64,000 bases of DNA from an uncultured cyanobacterium. Lineage in GTDB: Bacteria; Cyanobacteriota; Cyanobacteriia; Pseudanabaenales; Pseudanabaenaceae. Positions within the stretch are counted from its first letter, which is position 1; each line of letters begins with the position of its first letter. The stretch is taken from contig OY969811.1 of NCBI GenBank assembly GCA_963703315.1, positions 2,432,001-2,496,000 of the forward strand. The letters are read 5' to 3'. Position numbers and translations under genes: made by a program. A model generated the notes under the pieces. The model was not told the origin of the DNA. It saw nothing but the letters and a program-made list of their open reading frames with translations, and searched no databases. Shown one piece after another: positions 1 through 10,631 of the stretch.

Positions 1-309
1 TTACTTCTATTTGCCTGTGGGCGATCGGAAGTTGGTGGCAGAATCGATCTCTGGTGTCGCCAGATTGATGAGAAACTGTTGGAACTATCGATCACGGATT
101 ACGGTGTAGTTGATGCCTCTCTATTGCAAGAGTTACATCAAGGCAGAGCGATCGATCCTCTATCTCCTTCGTTACTGGATCAGCCACCTGGTCTACACCT
201 CGCTATTTGTCAAAGTCTCATGCTCGAAGCAGGGGGCGAACTTTCTCTCTATCAATTAGAAGATAATCGCATCCTCAGTCGGCTCATTTTGCCTCTTTCG
301 AGTTCATAA
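1..309 (+). CDS. C-terminal part of a histidine-kinase-like (HATPase_c) sensor protein; 5' end outside window
   Basis: Frame open from base 1 (LLLFACGRSEVGGRIDLWCRQ...LELSITDYG...GLHLAICQSLMLEAGGEL) with degenerate G1/G2 boxes; convergent with the low-complexity tail membrane protein. Confidence 0.7.
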   Translation, partial: LLLFACGRSEVGGRIDLWCRQIDEKLLELSITDYGVVDASLLQELHQGRAIDPLSPSLLDQPPGLHLAICQSLMLEAGGELSLYQLEDNRILSRLILPLSSS

Positions 310-320
310 ATTTAAAAGTC

Positions 321-368
321 CTGTAGTAGTTGCCATTTTGCCTACGGCAAAATGGCAACTACTACAGC
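321..368. repeat. Perfect palindrome with 3-nt loop (possible bidirectional terminator or REP-like)
   Basis: ctgtagtagttgccattttgcc-tac-ggcaaaatggcaactactacag between convergent genes. Confidence 0.8.
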
Positions 369-477
369 AAAGCAAGTTTTGCTTAGGACATAAAACAAGA
401 AGTGAGTGGCGGCGCAAAGCGCCGCCACTCACTTCTTGGGTTTTGGTTTGTACTAGCTAACTCTTTATTTTGCTATA
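363..477. mobile_element. MITE-like hairpin element, family A
   Basis: TACAGC...GCTATA ends, central GC hairpin; homologous copies at 20983-21096, 26046-26158, 7203-7311 and partial at 18034. Confidence 0.7.
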
Positions 478-479
478 TA

Positions 480-3098
480 TTACTCTGCGGAATTTTCAGG
501 AAATAGCTTACGATCTAGAAGTGCTTCAAGGTCAGCAAACTCATCAATATTAGGTTCTGAAGTATTAGGATTAGGCTCTACGGAACTTTCTACAGGTTGT
601 TCATTGGCGGCTTTATTGGATTTGTCCACATTGTTGAGTTCTTCTAATCTTGCTAAAAACTTATCAACTAGAAATTCTTGAACTAAGTACTTAGAATCTT
701 TCGCGGCTTGATCATTACTGATTTCTTCAGAACTATCTTGAGAAACTGGAGTCTCCAAGTCTGGTAGATTTTCGCTAACCGTCTGCACATTGTCTGTGGC
801 GATCGCTTCTATAACAGCCTCATCCGTTACTATCGATGCGGAAATATCATCGGCATTAGTATTTTCAGTTTCTTCGTCAGCATCTTCGAGATATTCTTGG
901 AGAATATTTTCAACATAATTGTTGAAGGCAATCAACTCATCCAATTCATCATCAAAATCTTGAATTTTGTCATCTACTAGTTCTTGCTCAATAGGTGCAG
1001 CGATCGCTTCAATCTCAGTTTTTTCAAAACCCTCATTTATTATTTCTAGCTCTGAGATCGTCGGTGAAACATCTTCTAGCGCAATCTCAACTGCATCTTC
1101 TGCGATAACAGGCTCATTAGTTTGAAACTGATCAGATATTTTTGTAGCATCAGATTCTGTGTTTTCTGGACTGGATTCAACATTGTGATGCCGTTTAACG
1201 GATTTGCCAAACCCATGTTTTTTCTGGGAAATCCCTGATTTGCGTGTCTTTTTTAGAAAATCTAGTGCTTTTCGTTCAGGGCTTTGTGCTGTATTATTCA
1301 AATCCTTAGTTAAAGATTCCTCACTAGCGATCGCCTCTATCTCTAATTCTTCACTTTGTTCAACCCGTAGTTCTGTTTCAGGAATTCCTGAAACTATCTC
1401 AGTGGAAGATATATCAGTTTCTGAGGCTAAATTAATTTTAGTTTCTGAGATATCTGCTACTACTTCAGAATCTGCAATAGGATCACTAGGTTCTAAAACT
1501 GCTTCGACTAAAGCTTCTTCAATATTTTCTAAGGGATTTACCTCTTCAGATTCTTGAATAGTTTCTTCTGCTAAAATCACCTCAGTAGGTTCTAAATTTA
1601 CTTCAACTAGAGATTCTTCAGCAACAATTTCACTTATTTCTAGCTCTTCAGCCTCTTCCACAAGTTGATCATTAGCCTGTTCTGAAATAGTTTCAGATGC
1701 GATCGCTTCAGGCTTAATCTCTAAGATAGGCTCTAAAGATGTCTCAACTTCAGGTTCTACAAAAACATTCAAACTTTCATCTAAATCTTCAGATTCTTGA
1801 GCAATTTCGCCCTCTAGTAAAGACTCAACCTCTATTATTTCAACAGATTGATCAACTTCATCCTCAGAAAACTCATCAACTAAAGACTCTTCAGCAATAA
1901 TTTCACTTATCTCTAATTCGTCACCTTCTTCTTCAACTTGCTCATCTAAATTGATATCAAGCAATTCTGAAGTAATTTCAGCATTAGGTTCTTGAGACAA
2001 ATCAGAAACTTGAGATAAATCAGGCTCTTCAGTTTCTGGCTCCGAGGTCGTCTCAGTGTCTAAGACTTCATCGATTTCAGGTTCTAAAATCAAGGCTAAA
2101 GGCTCTAACACCTCATCTGGTTGACTAGCTTCTGTATCCAGAACTATCTCAGTAGGTGCTAGATTCTCATCAAGATCAGGATCTATAGTCAATTCCAAAG
2201 ATGTTAATTCTTCTGAATTCTGAATTATTTCATCGCCTGTCGCATCTTGAGTTATTTCAATCGGTTCTAATTCAGCAATCGGTTCTTCTGGATTATCAGC
2301 GATCGCCTCTTGTTCCAATTCTTGTTCTAATAACGTTTCTACAGACTCATCAGAGTCATTAATTTCTAAATCTGCATCGGTCTGCTCATCAGCAACTGCC
2401 GAATTTTCTTCTTGAGACGGATCAGTGAAGACAATCGCCTCTTCTTCAAAAAACTTCAATAACTCAGGCGATCGCCAACCAATATTTGTAAAACTGTTTT
2501 TGACTTTTTCGGCTGTAAAGGGCTGCAAATTGTTTAACTCTGACGCATCAGTTAGCAGTACTCGTAAATTAGAAATTCCTGATTGCAGCAAAACATTACT
2601 TAACAAAAAGAAAAATTCAGCCCAGATAATGCCAAACAAGCGTAGTCCCGAAGGAAATGGGGCAATCACCTCCGCTAAAGGTGCAGCTACATAAATCTTG
2701 CAAAACATAGCGATGGTTACGACTGCAACCGCGATCGCCATCCACCCTGTTGTATACCAACCGTTACTATTTTGCTTAATTAAGGTCAGGATGCGGCGAT
2801 CGCTTTCACTGAGGCTTTCTGGAGGCTTAGCCAAAACCCATAAACTAAAGGGAGAAAAAGGCTGTTGCCACTGTACCCAAGTGACTAAAGCGATCGCAGG
2901 GAATCCTAATATAAAAATTTCAAACCATGCAGGAAATACAGGATCACCGACTGCCAATCCCGCCATACTCATGACTAATAACCAAGGTACACCTGCGATG
3001 AGGGCAATGTTTCCCAAAATAAAAAAATTATTTTGGGGATTACTTTTGGGATTATTTTTTACAGTTATGTCGTCTGTGATGGGATTGGGGGATGTCAT
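480..3098 (-). CDS. Cyanobacterial low-complexity tail membrane protein with very long acidic tail
   Basis: N-terminal ~215 aa with 4 TM segments (GLAVGDP...WVQWQQPF...RRIL), then ~650 aa Glu/Asp-rich tail with internal repeats (ELEISEIxAEESLV). Confidence 0.8.
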   Translation of the reverse strand: MTSPNPITDDITVKNNPKSNPQNNFFILGNIALIAGVPWLLVMSMAGLAVGDPVFPAWFEIFILGFPAIALVTWVQWQQPFSPFSLWVLAKPPESLSESDRRILTLIKQNSNGWYTTGWMAIAVAVVTIAMFCKIYVAAPLAEVIAPFPSGLRLFGIIWAEFFFLLSNVLLQSGISNLRVLLTDASELNNLQPFTAEKVKNSFTNIGWRSPELLKFFEEEAIVFTDPSQEENSAVADEQTDADLEINDSDESVETLLEQELEQEAIADNPEEPIAELEPIEITQDATGDEIIQNSEELTSLELTIDPDLDENLAPTEIVLDTEASQPDEVLEPLALILEPEIDEVLDTETTSEPETEEPDLSQVSDLSQEPNAEITSELLDINLDEQVEEEGDELEISEIIAEESLVDEFSEDEVDQSVEIIEVESLLEGEIAQESEDLDESLNVFVEPEVETSLEPILEIKPEAIASETISEQANDQLVEEAEELEISEIVAEESLVEVNLEPTEVILAEETIQESEEVNPLENIEEALVEAVLEPSDPIADSEVVADISETKINLASETDISSTEIVSGIPETELRVEQSEELEIEAIASEESLTKDLNNTAQSPERKALDFLKKTRKSGISQKKHGFGKSVKRHHNVESSPENTESDATKISDQFQTNEPVIAEDAVEIALEDVSPTISELEIINEGFEKTEIEAIAAPIEQELVDDKIQDFDDELDELIAFNNYVENILQEYLEDADEETENTNADDISASIVTDEAVIEAIATDNVQTVSENLPDLETPVSQDSSEEISNDQAAKDSKYLVQEFLVDKFLARLEELNNVDKSNKAANEQPVESSVEPNPNTSEPNIDEFADLEALLDRKLFPENSAE

Positions 3099-3103
3099 AG
3101 TAT

Positions 3104-4246
3104 TTATCCTAAACCTGTGGTTAAGCGTGTCCAGAAACCTTCATAAATTTGGAGAACTTCAGCATCGAGCTTAGCAATGCGATCGCTTTTAGCAACAATT
3201 GCTTCTGATGGTTCTAGCGCCTTAATTGCTTTTAAGTCATCAGGGAGCATTGATTTTGCCAATTTGTTAGTTGTACCAAAACTATTAGAATCACTAATTT
3301 TGGCAGCTACGTCAGGTCGCATTACATAATTGATCCATGCATGAGCGCCTTCGATATTTGCGGCTCCCCTAGGTATTGCCATCGTATCTGTCCAAATTGA
3401 TGTCCCGTTACTTGGCAAAACATACTTAATATTAGGATTTTGTCTTGCCAAACTAATTCCGTCTCCCGAAAATGCCATACACATCATCAAATCACCTGAA
3501 GCCAGAGGATCGCGCCATGCATCCGTCGTAAAATTGGCGATCGCAGGCATCAGTTCCCGTAATTTTTGAAAAGCTAACTCAATCTTTGCGGGTTCTTTGG
3601 TGTTGTATGAGCTACCAAGAATATGTAACGCCATTCCCATCACTTCACGAGGGTCATTAACGAGCGTAATGCGTAAATTATCTTTATGTTCCCAAAGGTA
3701 ACTCCAATCAGTTGGCTCTTCCCCAATGATGGACTTAACCGCCTCGACATTATAAGCAATCCCTGTTGTCCCTAAACTGACAGGGATACTGAATATAGCA
3801 CCGCGATCGTGGGGGAGATCTAGGTAATTTGCCGCAATATTATTGATATTTGGTAATAACTTTTTATTAAGCGGGGCAAGGAGCTTGAGATCCCGCATCT
3901 GTGTCACCATATAGTCGCTAGGATAAATGACGCTATAGCCCGATCGCCCACCTGAAGCTTCTAACTTGGCGAGCATCACTTCATTGGAGTCATAGGCATC
4001 CCCCACAACTTTAATGCCAGTCTCCTTAGTAAATCCTTCTAAAACTTCTTGGTTGTTAACATAAGTCGCCCAACCATAGAGATACAAAGTGCGCTTATCT
4101 TGCGTAACAGGTCGCGGCACTTCATCCGTGTTCTCATTAGCATTTGGCTTATCAAAAATGCCACAGGATGTAAGCGTTGATACCCCTGCTAGTGCTGATG
4201 TTGCATAGACAGTCTGTTTAAGAAATTTACGCCGAGAGATACTCAT
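3104..4246 (-). CDS. potD: Spermidine/putrescine ABC transporter substrate-binding lipoprotein
   Basis: Tat signal SRRKFLK, lipobox LTSC, PotD motifs (YDSNEVMLAKL, PSDYMV, WTDTMAIP). Confidence 0.88.
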   Translation of the reverse strand: MSISRRKFLKQTVYATSALAGVSTLTSCGIFDKPNANENTDEVPRPVTQDKRTLYLYGWATYVNNQEVLEGFTKETGIKVVGDAYDSNEVMLAKLEASGGRSGYSVIYPSDYMVTQMRDLKLLAPLNKKLLPNINNIAANYLDLPHDRGAIFSIPVSLGTTGIAYNVEAVKSIIGEEPTDWSYLWEHKDNLRITLVNDPREVMGMALHILGSSYNTKEPAKIELAFQKLRELMPAIANFTTDAWRDPLASGDLMMCMAFSGDGISLARQNPNIKYVLPSNGTSIWTDTMAIPRGAANIEGAHAWINYVMRPDVAAKISDSNSFGTTNKLAKSMLPDDLKAIKALEPSEAIVAKSDRIAKLDAEVLQIYEGFWTRLTTGLG

Positions 4247-4263
4247 ATATTAATGATTATTAA

Positions 4264-5424
4264 TCATGTAGCTGTAGCGATCGCAGTTTTGGGAAGAGCC
4301 ACACAGTCTTCAGGTAGCCATGACACATATACCTGACTATCAAAGGGTGGTGTTTTTTCGCCCTGATGATTGGAACGTACCAGCATGACCCTCACAGGTG
4401 GGACATTCTCACTAGCGTGTAAGTCCACTACAAACTGCGAGTGATCACCTAAATACAACACATTATTGAGAATACCGCGATAGGTATTGTAAGGCTGGTT
4501 TGGATATTCGGTAGAGAGGCGAATTTTTTCGGGACGGACACTAACGACGGCTTCAGCAATGGGGAGCCAGTGTCTTGGCTTGGCAGCAACGATCGCGAGA
4601 CCTGTTGAAGAGCGCAACTCTACAAAAGCGCCATCCTGCTCAATCACCCGACATTCAAACAAATTAGTCTCACCGACAAAATCGGCGACAAATGCGGAGG
4701 CAGGGCGATCGTAAACCTCTGATGGTGTGCCGATCTGCTCGATCCTGCCTTGATTCATCACCGCAATTCTCGAAGAAATTGCCAGAGCCTCACTTTGATC
4801 GTGGGTCACCATAATGAAGGAAATGCCCAGCTTATACTGCAAATTCGATAGTTCTACTTGCAGTTCTTTGCGGAGTTTAAAGTCAAGGGCGGCTAATGGC
4901 TCATCTAGCAAAATCACTTTCGGACGATTGACGAGGGCGCGAGCAAGGGCTACCCGTTGCTGTTGACCGCCAGAGATTTGACTAGGATAGCGATCGCTTA
5001 AATGATCGAGCCGCACTTGTTTGAGCGCATCTTTTACCCGTTGTTGAATTTCTGGTTTCGCTACCCCTTTGACCGATAAACCAAAGGCAACATTATTAAA
5101 AATGGTCATGTGACCAAAGAGAGCATAGCTTTGAAAAACTGTATTGACAGGGCGCTGATAGGCGGGAATATAGGTCATCGGCTTACCTTGAATCAGCACT
5201 TCACCTGCTGACGGCTCCTCAAAACCTGCAACTAGTCTTAGTAGCGTTGTTTTGCCACAACCTGACGGACCTAAAATACTAAAAAGCTCACCTCGCTGAA
5301 CTTGCAGATCGACACCTTGGACAACGGTATTTGTCCCGAACATTTTAAATACTCGTTGTAGCTCCACATCAGGGATCGTCCCCGTTGATGTGTCTAACGG
5401 TTTAGCAGTGGTTGACTGTGCCAT
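4264..5424 (-). CDS. potA: Spermidine/putrescine ABC transporter ATP-binding protein
   Basis: GPSGCGKT Walker A, RPVNTVFQSYALF, ISGGQQQR, TOBE-like C-terminus. Confidence 0.9.
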   Translation of the reverse strand: MAQSTTAKPLDTSTGTIPDVELQRVFKMFGTNTVVQGVDLQVQRGELFSILGPSGCGKTTLLRLVAGFEEPSAGEVLIQGKPMTYIPAYQRPVNTVFQSYALFGHMTIFNNVAFGLSVKGVAKPEIQQRVKDALKQVRLDHLSDRYPSQISGGQQQRVALARALVNRPKVILLDEPLAALDFKLRKELQVELSNLQYKLGISFIMVTHDQSEALAISSRIAVMNQGRIEQIGTPSEVYDRPASAFVADFVGETNLFECRVIEQDGAFVELRSSTGLAIVAAKPRHWLPIAEAVVSVRPEKIRLSTEYPNQPYNTYRGILNNVLYLGDHSQFVVDLHASENVPPVRVMLVRSNHQGEKTPPFDSQVYVSWLPEDCVALPKTAIATAT

Positions 5425-5466
5425 GTTATGTTCAAGCGTCTACTAATTTGTCACTTAATTTTGTCA

Positions 5467-7071
5467 CTAAGTCTCTCGCATTTTAGCGCGTTGTAGCTGA
5501 TAAATGAGTTGTAATGCTAGAGCAATTATTATGAAAATTTGTCCCGCAAATGCCAAAATAATATCGGAAAGTTTGACGTTTGACACGACAACCCAAGGAA
5601 ATCCAAAAAACAACCATAGTCCTGCATAGCGATCGGGACTTAGGGACAAGCTCAGCATTATCAAAACTGGTACAAAAATTAATGCTGCAATTGTTCCTGT
5701 CACCCATGCTGAGGGGTTGCGGGTTTTAAGTAAGTGAATTAGCTGAGCAATTACTGCAAACACCAACATGGAAAGGGCAAAGGAAATCACAATGATTAAA
5801 CCTTTAAGACGAGTTTCCGCATCAGTCCATGAATTCAACCAAATGATAATTGGCACTTGGGTAATGACGAGATTGATCGCGATCGCGATTGGTGCTGGAC
5901 TTTTATCTGCCCAAACTAGATCCCGTAATATATAGCCAAACCCTGATGGATGCTCTTCGGTAGTTGACAAAGCTCCAAATCTTACCCAGTCTAGTACCGC
6001 TTGTCTTTGGGGTGTCAAAGCCGCGATCGCCGCCAAAAATACAAAGAAGTTCGCAATATAAAGTATCAGTAATAGAATCAGTTGAATTTCTGAAGGATTA
6101 GAGACTTTGGCGTTTGCAATTCCTGACTGTAAACAAAATCCCAACATCAGGATCTCTACATAGGCAGTGATGAGATAGCTTTGCCTTTTACTAACTAAAG
6201 TGGCAGTGGGATTATGGAAACGTCGTTCTAAAATTCGCCAAATGGTAAAACTGACAATCACCAAGCTGGTAATTGTAAAAATATGTGAAGTCCAAATATT
6301 CGATGTGATGGGTAAATACCACCATTCTGTTTGAATAGGATCGAGTTTACCACCCACTAAAACCTTGCTAAAGGAACTCCATGTAGTGAAGATATTCCAC
6401 CACATAAAGGCGGGGGCAATCCAGATAAAGGTCAAAAAGGCAAAAACTAAGGCTCCTGCGGCGACTTGACCACCAAATTTAGCTTGCCAACCACTTAGTA
6501 GAGCAAGCAACAGTGCGGCACTAAATAACAGAAATGCTGTCCCAATTAGCAATATGTAAAAGCTGAATAAAAAGGCGATCGGCACATTGGCAGCGATCGC
6601 GGCGGTGAGTTGATAGGGAATTAATAAGCCCAAACCAATATAGGTCAGCAATGGCACACCCATGATTTTGCCCATCAGAATATTGAGGCTTGATCGGGGG
6701 CTAATCCGAATGAAGTTGAGTGTACCTTTGTAGTCCTCAAGCGAAAGATCGGCAACTAAACCATAGACACCAGCCAGAAACAGCACAAATGGCTCAGTCC
6801 AAGTAATAAATCGAAACTGCTCCAACCACCAGTTTTGCCAAGACGTAGCACAGCCAAAACCACGTACCTGTACATAACAATCTTCAGCGGGGATGCGTTG
6901 ACTATAAAACAACAGCAAGAGAATCTGGAATAGTGCAGACAAGCCGATCGCAACCATCAGATTACGCAATTTCAGCTTGCCCCGAATCTCCCGCAATAGC
7001 TGCGGATTCCAGTTGCCAATCTGATCAAGCCAAGATATTGCTTTTGGGGCATTGGGTGGAGAATTATGCAT
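5467..7071 (-). CDS. Multi-pass membrane protein, ABC-2 permease-like cyanobacterial family
   Basis: About 12 hydrophobic segments; WNPQLLRE and GTLNFIRISP motifs. Confidence 0.65.
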   Translation of the reverse strand: MHNSPPNAPKAISWLDQIGNWNPQLLREIRGKLKLRNLMVAIGLSALFQILLLLFYSQRIPAEDCYVQVRGFGCATSWQNWWLEQFRFITWTEPFVLFLAGVYGLVADLSLEDYKGTLNFIRISPRSSLNILMGKIMGVPLLTYIGLGLLIPYQLTAAIAANVPIAFLFSFYILLIGTAFLLFSAALLLALLSGWQAKFGGQVAAGALVFAFLTFIWIAPAFMWWNIFTTWSSFSKVLVGGKLDPIQTEWWYLPITSNIWTSHIFTITSLVIVSFTIWRILERRFHNPTATLVSKRQSYLITAYVEILMLGFCLQSGIANAKVSNPSEIQLILLLILYIANFFVFLAAIAALTPQRQAVLDWVRFGALSTTEEHPSGFGYILRDLVWADKSPAPIAIAINLVITQVPIIIWLNSWTDAETRLKGLIIVISFALSMLVFAVIAQLIHLLKTRNPSAWVTGTIAALIFVPVLIMLSLSLSPDRYAGLWLFFGFPWVVVSNVKLSDIILAFAGQIFIIIALALQLIYQLQRAKMRET

Positions 7072-7100
7072 AGGTTATTTTACTGCGAGTTTCTTATGCA

Positions 7101-7473
7101 TAAGTAGCTAGGCTTAAAACCAGAGCTTGTGCCGCCAACTATGCGGGCGACACAAGCTCTGGTTTTTGGGTTTAACTATGCTGAGCTACTTAAGTTAGAT
7201 TTTATAGCCATAGCTAAGCAAGTTAAGACATAAAACCCAAAAGAGAGTGGCGGCGCCCGCCACTCTCTTTTGGGTTTTGGTTTTGTCCTAACATAACTGA
7301 CTACAGCTATATAATCGTTGATGTTTGGTATTACCATCAGCCTGTAAAAAAATTACATAAGAAATTACATAAGTATTTGGGCGCAATTAAATATAAAATC
7401 CAAAAACCTGTGGCGCTCGCTGCGCGAGCGCCACAGGTTTTTACTCTAGTTTTTAATTATGCCCAGCTACTTA
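7101..7473. mobile_element. Cluster of three MITE-like hairpin elements (B 7101-7192, A 7203-7311, B 7370-7473)
   Basis: TAAGTAGC...GCTACTTA and TATAGC...GCTATA termini, each with central GC hairpin; homologous copies elsewhere in window. Confidence 0.7.
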
Positions 7474-7479
7474 ACTAAT

Positions 7480-8244
7480 ATGGAAAACGAAGTAGATCAG
7501 TCTGACTTAAAGGATAAGGATTTAGTGGTAGAGATAGATTCTCAAAATGATCAAAGTCCTCACAGTCACAAATTTCGCTTCGGATTGCTTGCTGTCTTAT
7601 TTGGTAGTAGTTTATTGATTTTGGGGCGATCGCTGATTGATAGCAATATTGGCAAACCGTCTCCTTTTACCTTTCCTGAGCAGATTGAATTTGCAAAAAC
7701 ACTAAAGGTTGTAGAACCTCAAAAATCAGAGGTAATTATTGATCATAAAAGCTTTTATGGCAAACCGAAGTATTTATATGGACAAAAATATAGCTATGTA
7801 ATCGAGAACATTCCTGTAGAGATTTCTTTACGGTATTTAGTGGGAACTGAAGCCGATCTTTTTATCTTTCTCAAAGAGCTAGGCAATATTGATCTTAAAG
7901 AAGATGAACTACGTCAAAAAGTTGTCCGTAAAGATCCTATCGGCTTCTATACTGCTTTTACCTATCAGGATCAGGCATATCTAAGCGCCTGTATTAATCC
8001 TCGTGGTATCTCTACAGTCACTCAAGAACAGTTTAATGATAATGCCAGCGATCGCGCCTTGGATCGAGAGGTGATCATAAGTTGGTTACTAGGACAGACA
8101 GATCTACGCGATCGGCGTTGTCTATGGACTTTGATCTCGACACCAATCACAGCCGATAGCAATCTCAAGGACACTAATCAAAAATTAGAGAAAATTTGGA
8201 TTTCATGGTATGAATGGTGGAAACCTCGGTTTCCTCAGCCTTAA
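7480..8244 (+). CDS. Cyanoexosortase A system-associated protein
   Basis: One N-terminal TM; YLSACINPRG...TVT..QF and WLLG..DLRDRRCLW motifs; start moved to ATG 7480 because 7459 lies in a repeat. Confidence 0.78.
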   Translation: MENEVDQSDLKDKDLVVEIDSQNDQSPHSHKFRFGLLAVLFGSSLLILGRSLIDSNIGKPSPFTFPEQIEFAKTLKVVEPQKSEVIIDHKSFYGKPKYLYGQKYSYVIENIPVEISLRYLVGTEADLFIFLKELGNIDLKEDELRQKVVRKDPIGFYTAFTYQDQAYLSACINPRGISTVTQEQFNDNASDRALDREVIISWLLGQTDLRDRRCLWTLISTPITADSNLKDTNQKLEKIWISWYEWWKPRFPQP

Positions 8245-8313
8245 AATATCTTGTTTCTAAAGAGACGAGTGCTATTATTTCTCACTCCAATTTATGATGT
8301 TTCTTTAAAAAAT

Positions 8314-9111
8314 ATGACTAATACCAATTCAAATTCTACTGAGGTAATTACCGCCAATCTCCTGCGTTTTGCTGGTTATGGACTGTTGTTACTGGCACTA
8401 TCCAATTTTGCTGATGCCCTCATTCCCCCAAGATTTGGTAAAGACGCGACATGGGAATTTACGACATTGGGGAAACTAGTCGGTACTTCTCCAGTCCCAA
8501 TCATCGGTCTAGTTTTAGTATTTTATGGAGAATCAACAGCCCGTTCCGCGATCGGTAAAAATGTTCTTAAGTTTTTATCATGGCTCTCTTTATTGCTAAG
8601 TATTTTCTATGCTGTTTTTCTGCTGATCGGTATTAGTGCGGCAATTCGGATTAACAATGACAACAATACCCAAGCTAGTTTCACATTGTCTCAGCAAATT
8701 GCTCAATTCAATACGGCTAGGGAAAGTTTAAAAAATACTAATAATGCCAATTTAATTAAAGCGGCAGAATTTATTGAAAGGCGATCGCCAAATATTAAAT
8801 TGAATAAAACCAATCCAACAGAACTTAGAACGCAACTAGAAGCAGAAATCCTTAAAAATGAAAATGCCATCAAAAACAGTGTTCAGGATAGTCAAACTAA
8901 GGCATCTCGACAACTAGTTAAACAAGGAGTCAAATGGTATTTTGAAGCTATAGTATCAGCCTTTATTTTGTTTGGAATTTGGAGTCAAACTAAATGGACA
9001 AGAACCTCAGTTCGTCGCAAGAAAAAAGGATCTAAAAATGCAACTAGTCTGGGTGATATTGCCAGTACACCTACCCTTGATGTTGAATCCTCTAATTCTC
9101 AAGAAGACTAA
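8314..9111 (+). CDS. HpsJ-like membrane protein (cyanoexosortase A-associated)
   Basis: LRFAGYGLLLL...ALIPP....WEF..LGKLV...PVPIIGLVLVFYGE; adjacent to the exosortase-associated gene; ATG 8314 preferred. Confidence 0.72.
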   Translation: MTNTNSNSTEVITANLLRFAGYGLLLLALSNFADALIPPRFGKDATWEFTTLGKLVGTSPVPIIGLVLVFYGESTARSAIGKNVLKFLSWLSLLLSIFYAVFLLIGISAAIRINNDNNTQASFTLSQQIAQFNTARESLKNTNNANLIKAAEFIERRSPNIKLNKTNPTELRTQLEAEILKNENAIKNSVQDSQTKASRQLVKQGVKWYFEAIVSAFILFGIWSQTKWTRTSVRRKKKGSKNATSLGDIASTPTLDVESSNSQED

Positions 9112-9214
9112 AAAATGGCTAGCACAAAACGTTGTATATCGCATTTTATATTCTAGTGAAGAGATTATTTACCCTTTACAAGGCGTGTCTGTTTCAAGAA
9201 ATAACCCTGCCTTA

Positions 9215-9319
9215 TAACTAGCTGGGTGCAATTAAATATAAAACCCCAAAACTTGTGGCGCACGCGCAGCGTGCGCCACAAGTTTTGGATTTGATTTTTT
9301 AATTATGCCCAACTACTTA
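9215..9319. mobile_element. MITE-like hairpin element, family B
   Basis: Core gtggcgcacgc-gca-gcgtgcgccac, also at 13390-13466 and 53455-53546; variants at 20355-20449 and 56077-56131. Confidence 0.7.
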
Positions 9320-9417
9320 AAGAGACTAGGGGTATCTCTTAATTAATGTTAGGTTGTGGTCAATTGCTATAGAATACTAGATCTAGTATTTAACCAAGCA
9401 TTACAAGATTTCGACTC

Positions 9418-10569
9418 ATGGAAGATAAGTTGATGTTGATGATTCCAGGTCCAACACCTGTGCCTGAACAGGCGTTGTTGGCTCTGGCAAAAGCTCCGAT
9501 CGGACACCGTAGCGGCGATTTTAGCAAAATCATGGCAGATGTGACTGCTAAGCTCAAATGGCTGCACCAAACCAACAATGATGTATTGATTCTCACCACA
9601 AGCGGAACGGGAGCGATCGAAGCAGGCATCATTAATTTCTTAAGCAAAGGCGATCGCGTCCTGATTGGTGATAATGGCAAGTTCGGCGAACGCTGGGTGG
9701 AAGTCGGTCAAGCCTATGGACTAAATGTTGAAGTAGTTAAAGCAGAATGGGGCAAACCCCTGAATCCTGAAGATTTCCGCGTCAAGCTAGAGGCTGATAC
9801 TAACAAGGAAATCAAAGCAGTAATCATCACCCATAGCGAGACTTCTACTGGTGTTCTCAACGATCTCGTTGCTATTAACCGCCATGTTAAAGCCCATGAA
9901 AAGGCACTGATCATCGTTGATGCTGTGACTAGCTTGGGTGCAATGAATGTTCCCATTGACGAATTAGGCTTAGATGTAGTTGGATCTGGTTCGCAAAAAG
10001 GCTACATGATTCCTCCTGGTTTAGGATTTGTATCGGTCAGTCCGAAAGCATGGGAAGCCTACAAAACCGCCGATCTACCTAAGTACTATCTCGACTTGGG
10101 TAAAGCTCGTAAGGATGCCGCTAAAAATTCCACTCCTTTCACCACTTCCGTGAATATGGTAATGGCGTTGCAAGCTTCCTTAGAAATCATGCAGCGTGAA
10201 GGTTTAGAAAATATCTTTGCTCGTCATATCCGCCATCGGGATGCGACTCGTGCAGCGATCAAGGCACTGAACCTCGGACTATTAGCTCCCGATGATGCCG
10301 CTAGTGCTTCGATTACTTCCGTTGTGCCTCCCGAAGGTCTAGAAGCAGAGAAGATTCGCGCCACGATTAAGAAGAAGTTCGATATTGTCATGGCAGGTGG
10401 ACAAGATCACCTCAATGGCAAGATCTTCCGTATTGGTCACTTGGGCTTTGTCAGCGATCGCGATATTCTCACGGCAATTGCTGCTCTCGAAGCATCCATT
10501 GCTGCACTGGGTTATACCAATTTCACCTACGGTGCTGGTGTCAAGGCAGCGATCGAGGTTCTCGGTTAA
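9418..10569 (+). CDS. Class V PLP-dependent aminotransferase (alanine-glyoxylate/serine-pyruvate family)
   Basis: MIPGPTPVP, HSETSTG, VDAVTS, GSQKG PLP-lysine, FRIGHLG. Confidence 0.9.
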   Translation: MEDKLMLMIPGPTPVPEQALLALAKAPIGHRSGDFSKIMADVTAKLKWLHQTNNDVLILTTSGTGAIEAGIINFLSKGDRVLIGDNGKFGERWVEVGQAYGLNVEVVKAEWGKPLNPEDFRVKLEADTNKEIKAVIITHSETSTGVLNDLVAINRHVKAHEKALIIVDAVTSLGAMNVPIDELGLDVVGSGSQKGYMIPPGLGFVSVSPKAWEAYKTADLPKYYLDLGKARKDAAKNSTPFTTSVNMVMALQASLEIMQREGLENIFARHIRHRDATRAAIKALNLGLLAPDDAASASITSVVPPEGLEAEKIRATIKKKFDIVMAGGQDHLNGKIFRIGHLGFVSDRDILTAIAALEASIAALGYTNFTYGAGVKAAIEVLG

Positions 10570-10631
10570 ATTTTAAAGTTTGGCTACGCCAAACTTTAAA
10601 ATAAAAAAGCCTCGCATTGCGAGGCTTTTTT
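10570..10631. terminator. Two tandem hairpins; likely bidirectional intrinsic terminator
   Basis: aaagtttggc-tac-gccaaacttt and aaaaaagcctcgc-att-gcgaggctttttt between convergent genes. Confidence 0.65.

Noticed and set aside
7350..7373. Direct repeat AAATTACATAAG x2 as an HLR1 site
   Set aside because: 12-bp period rather than 10 and abuts a MITE end; more likely an insertion by-product
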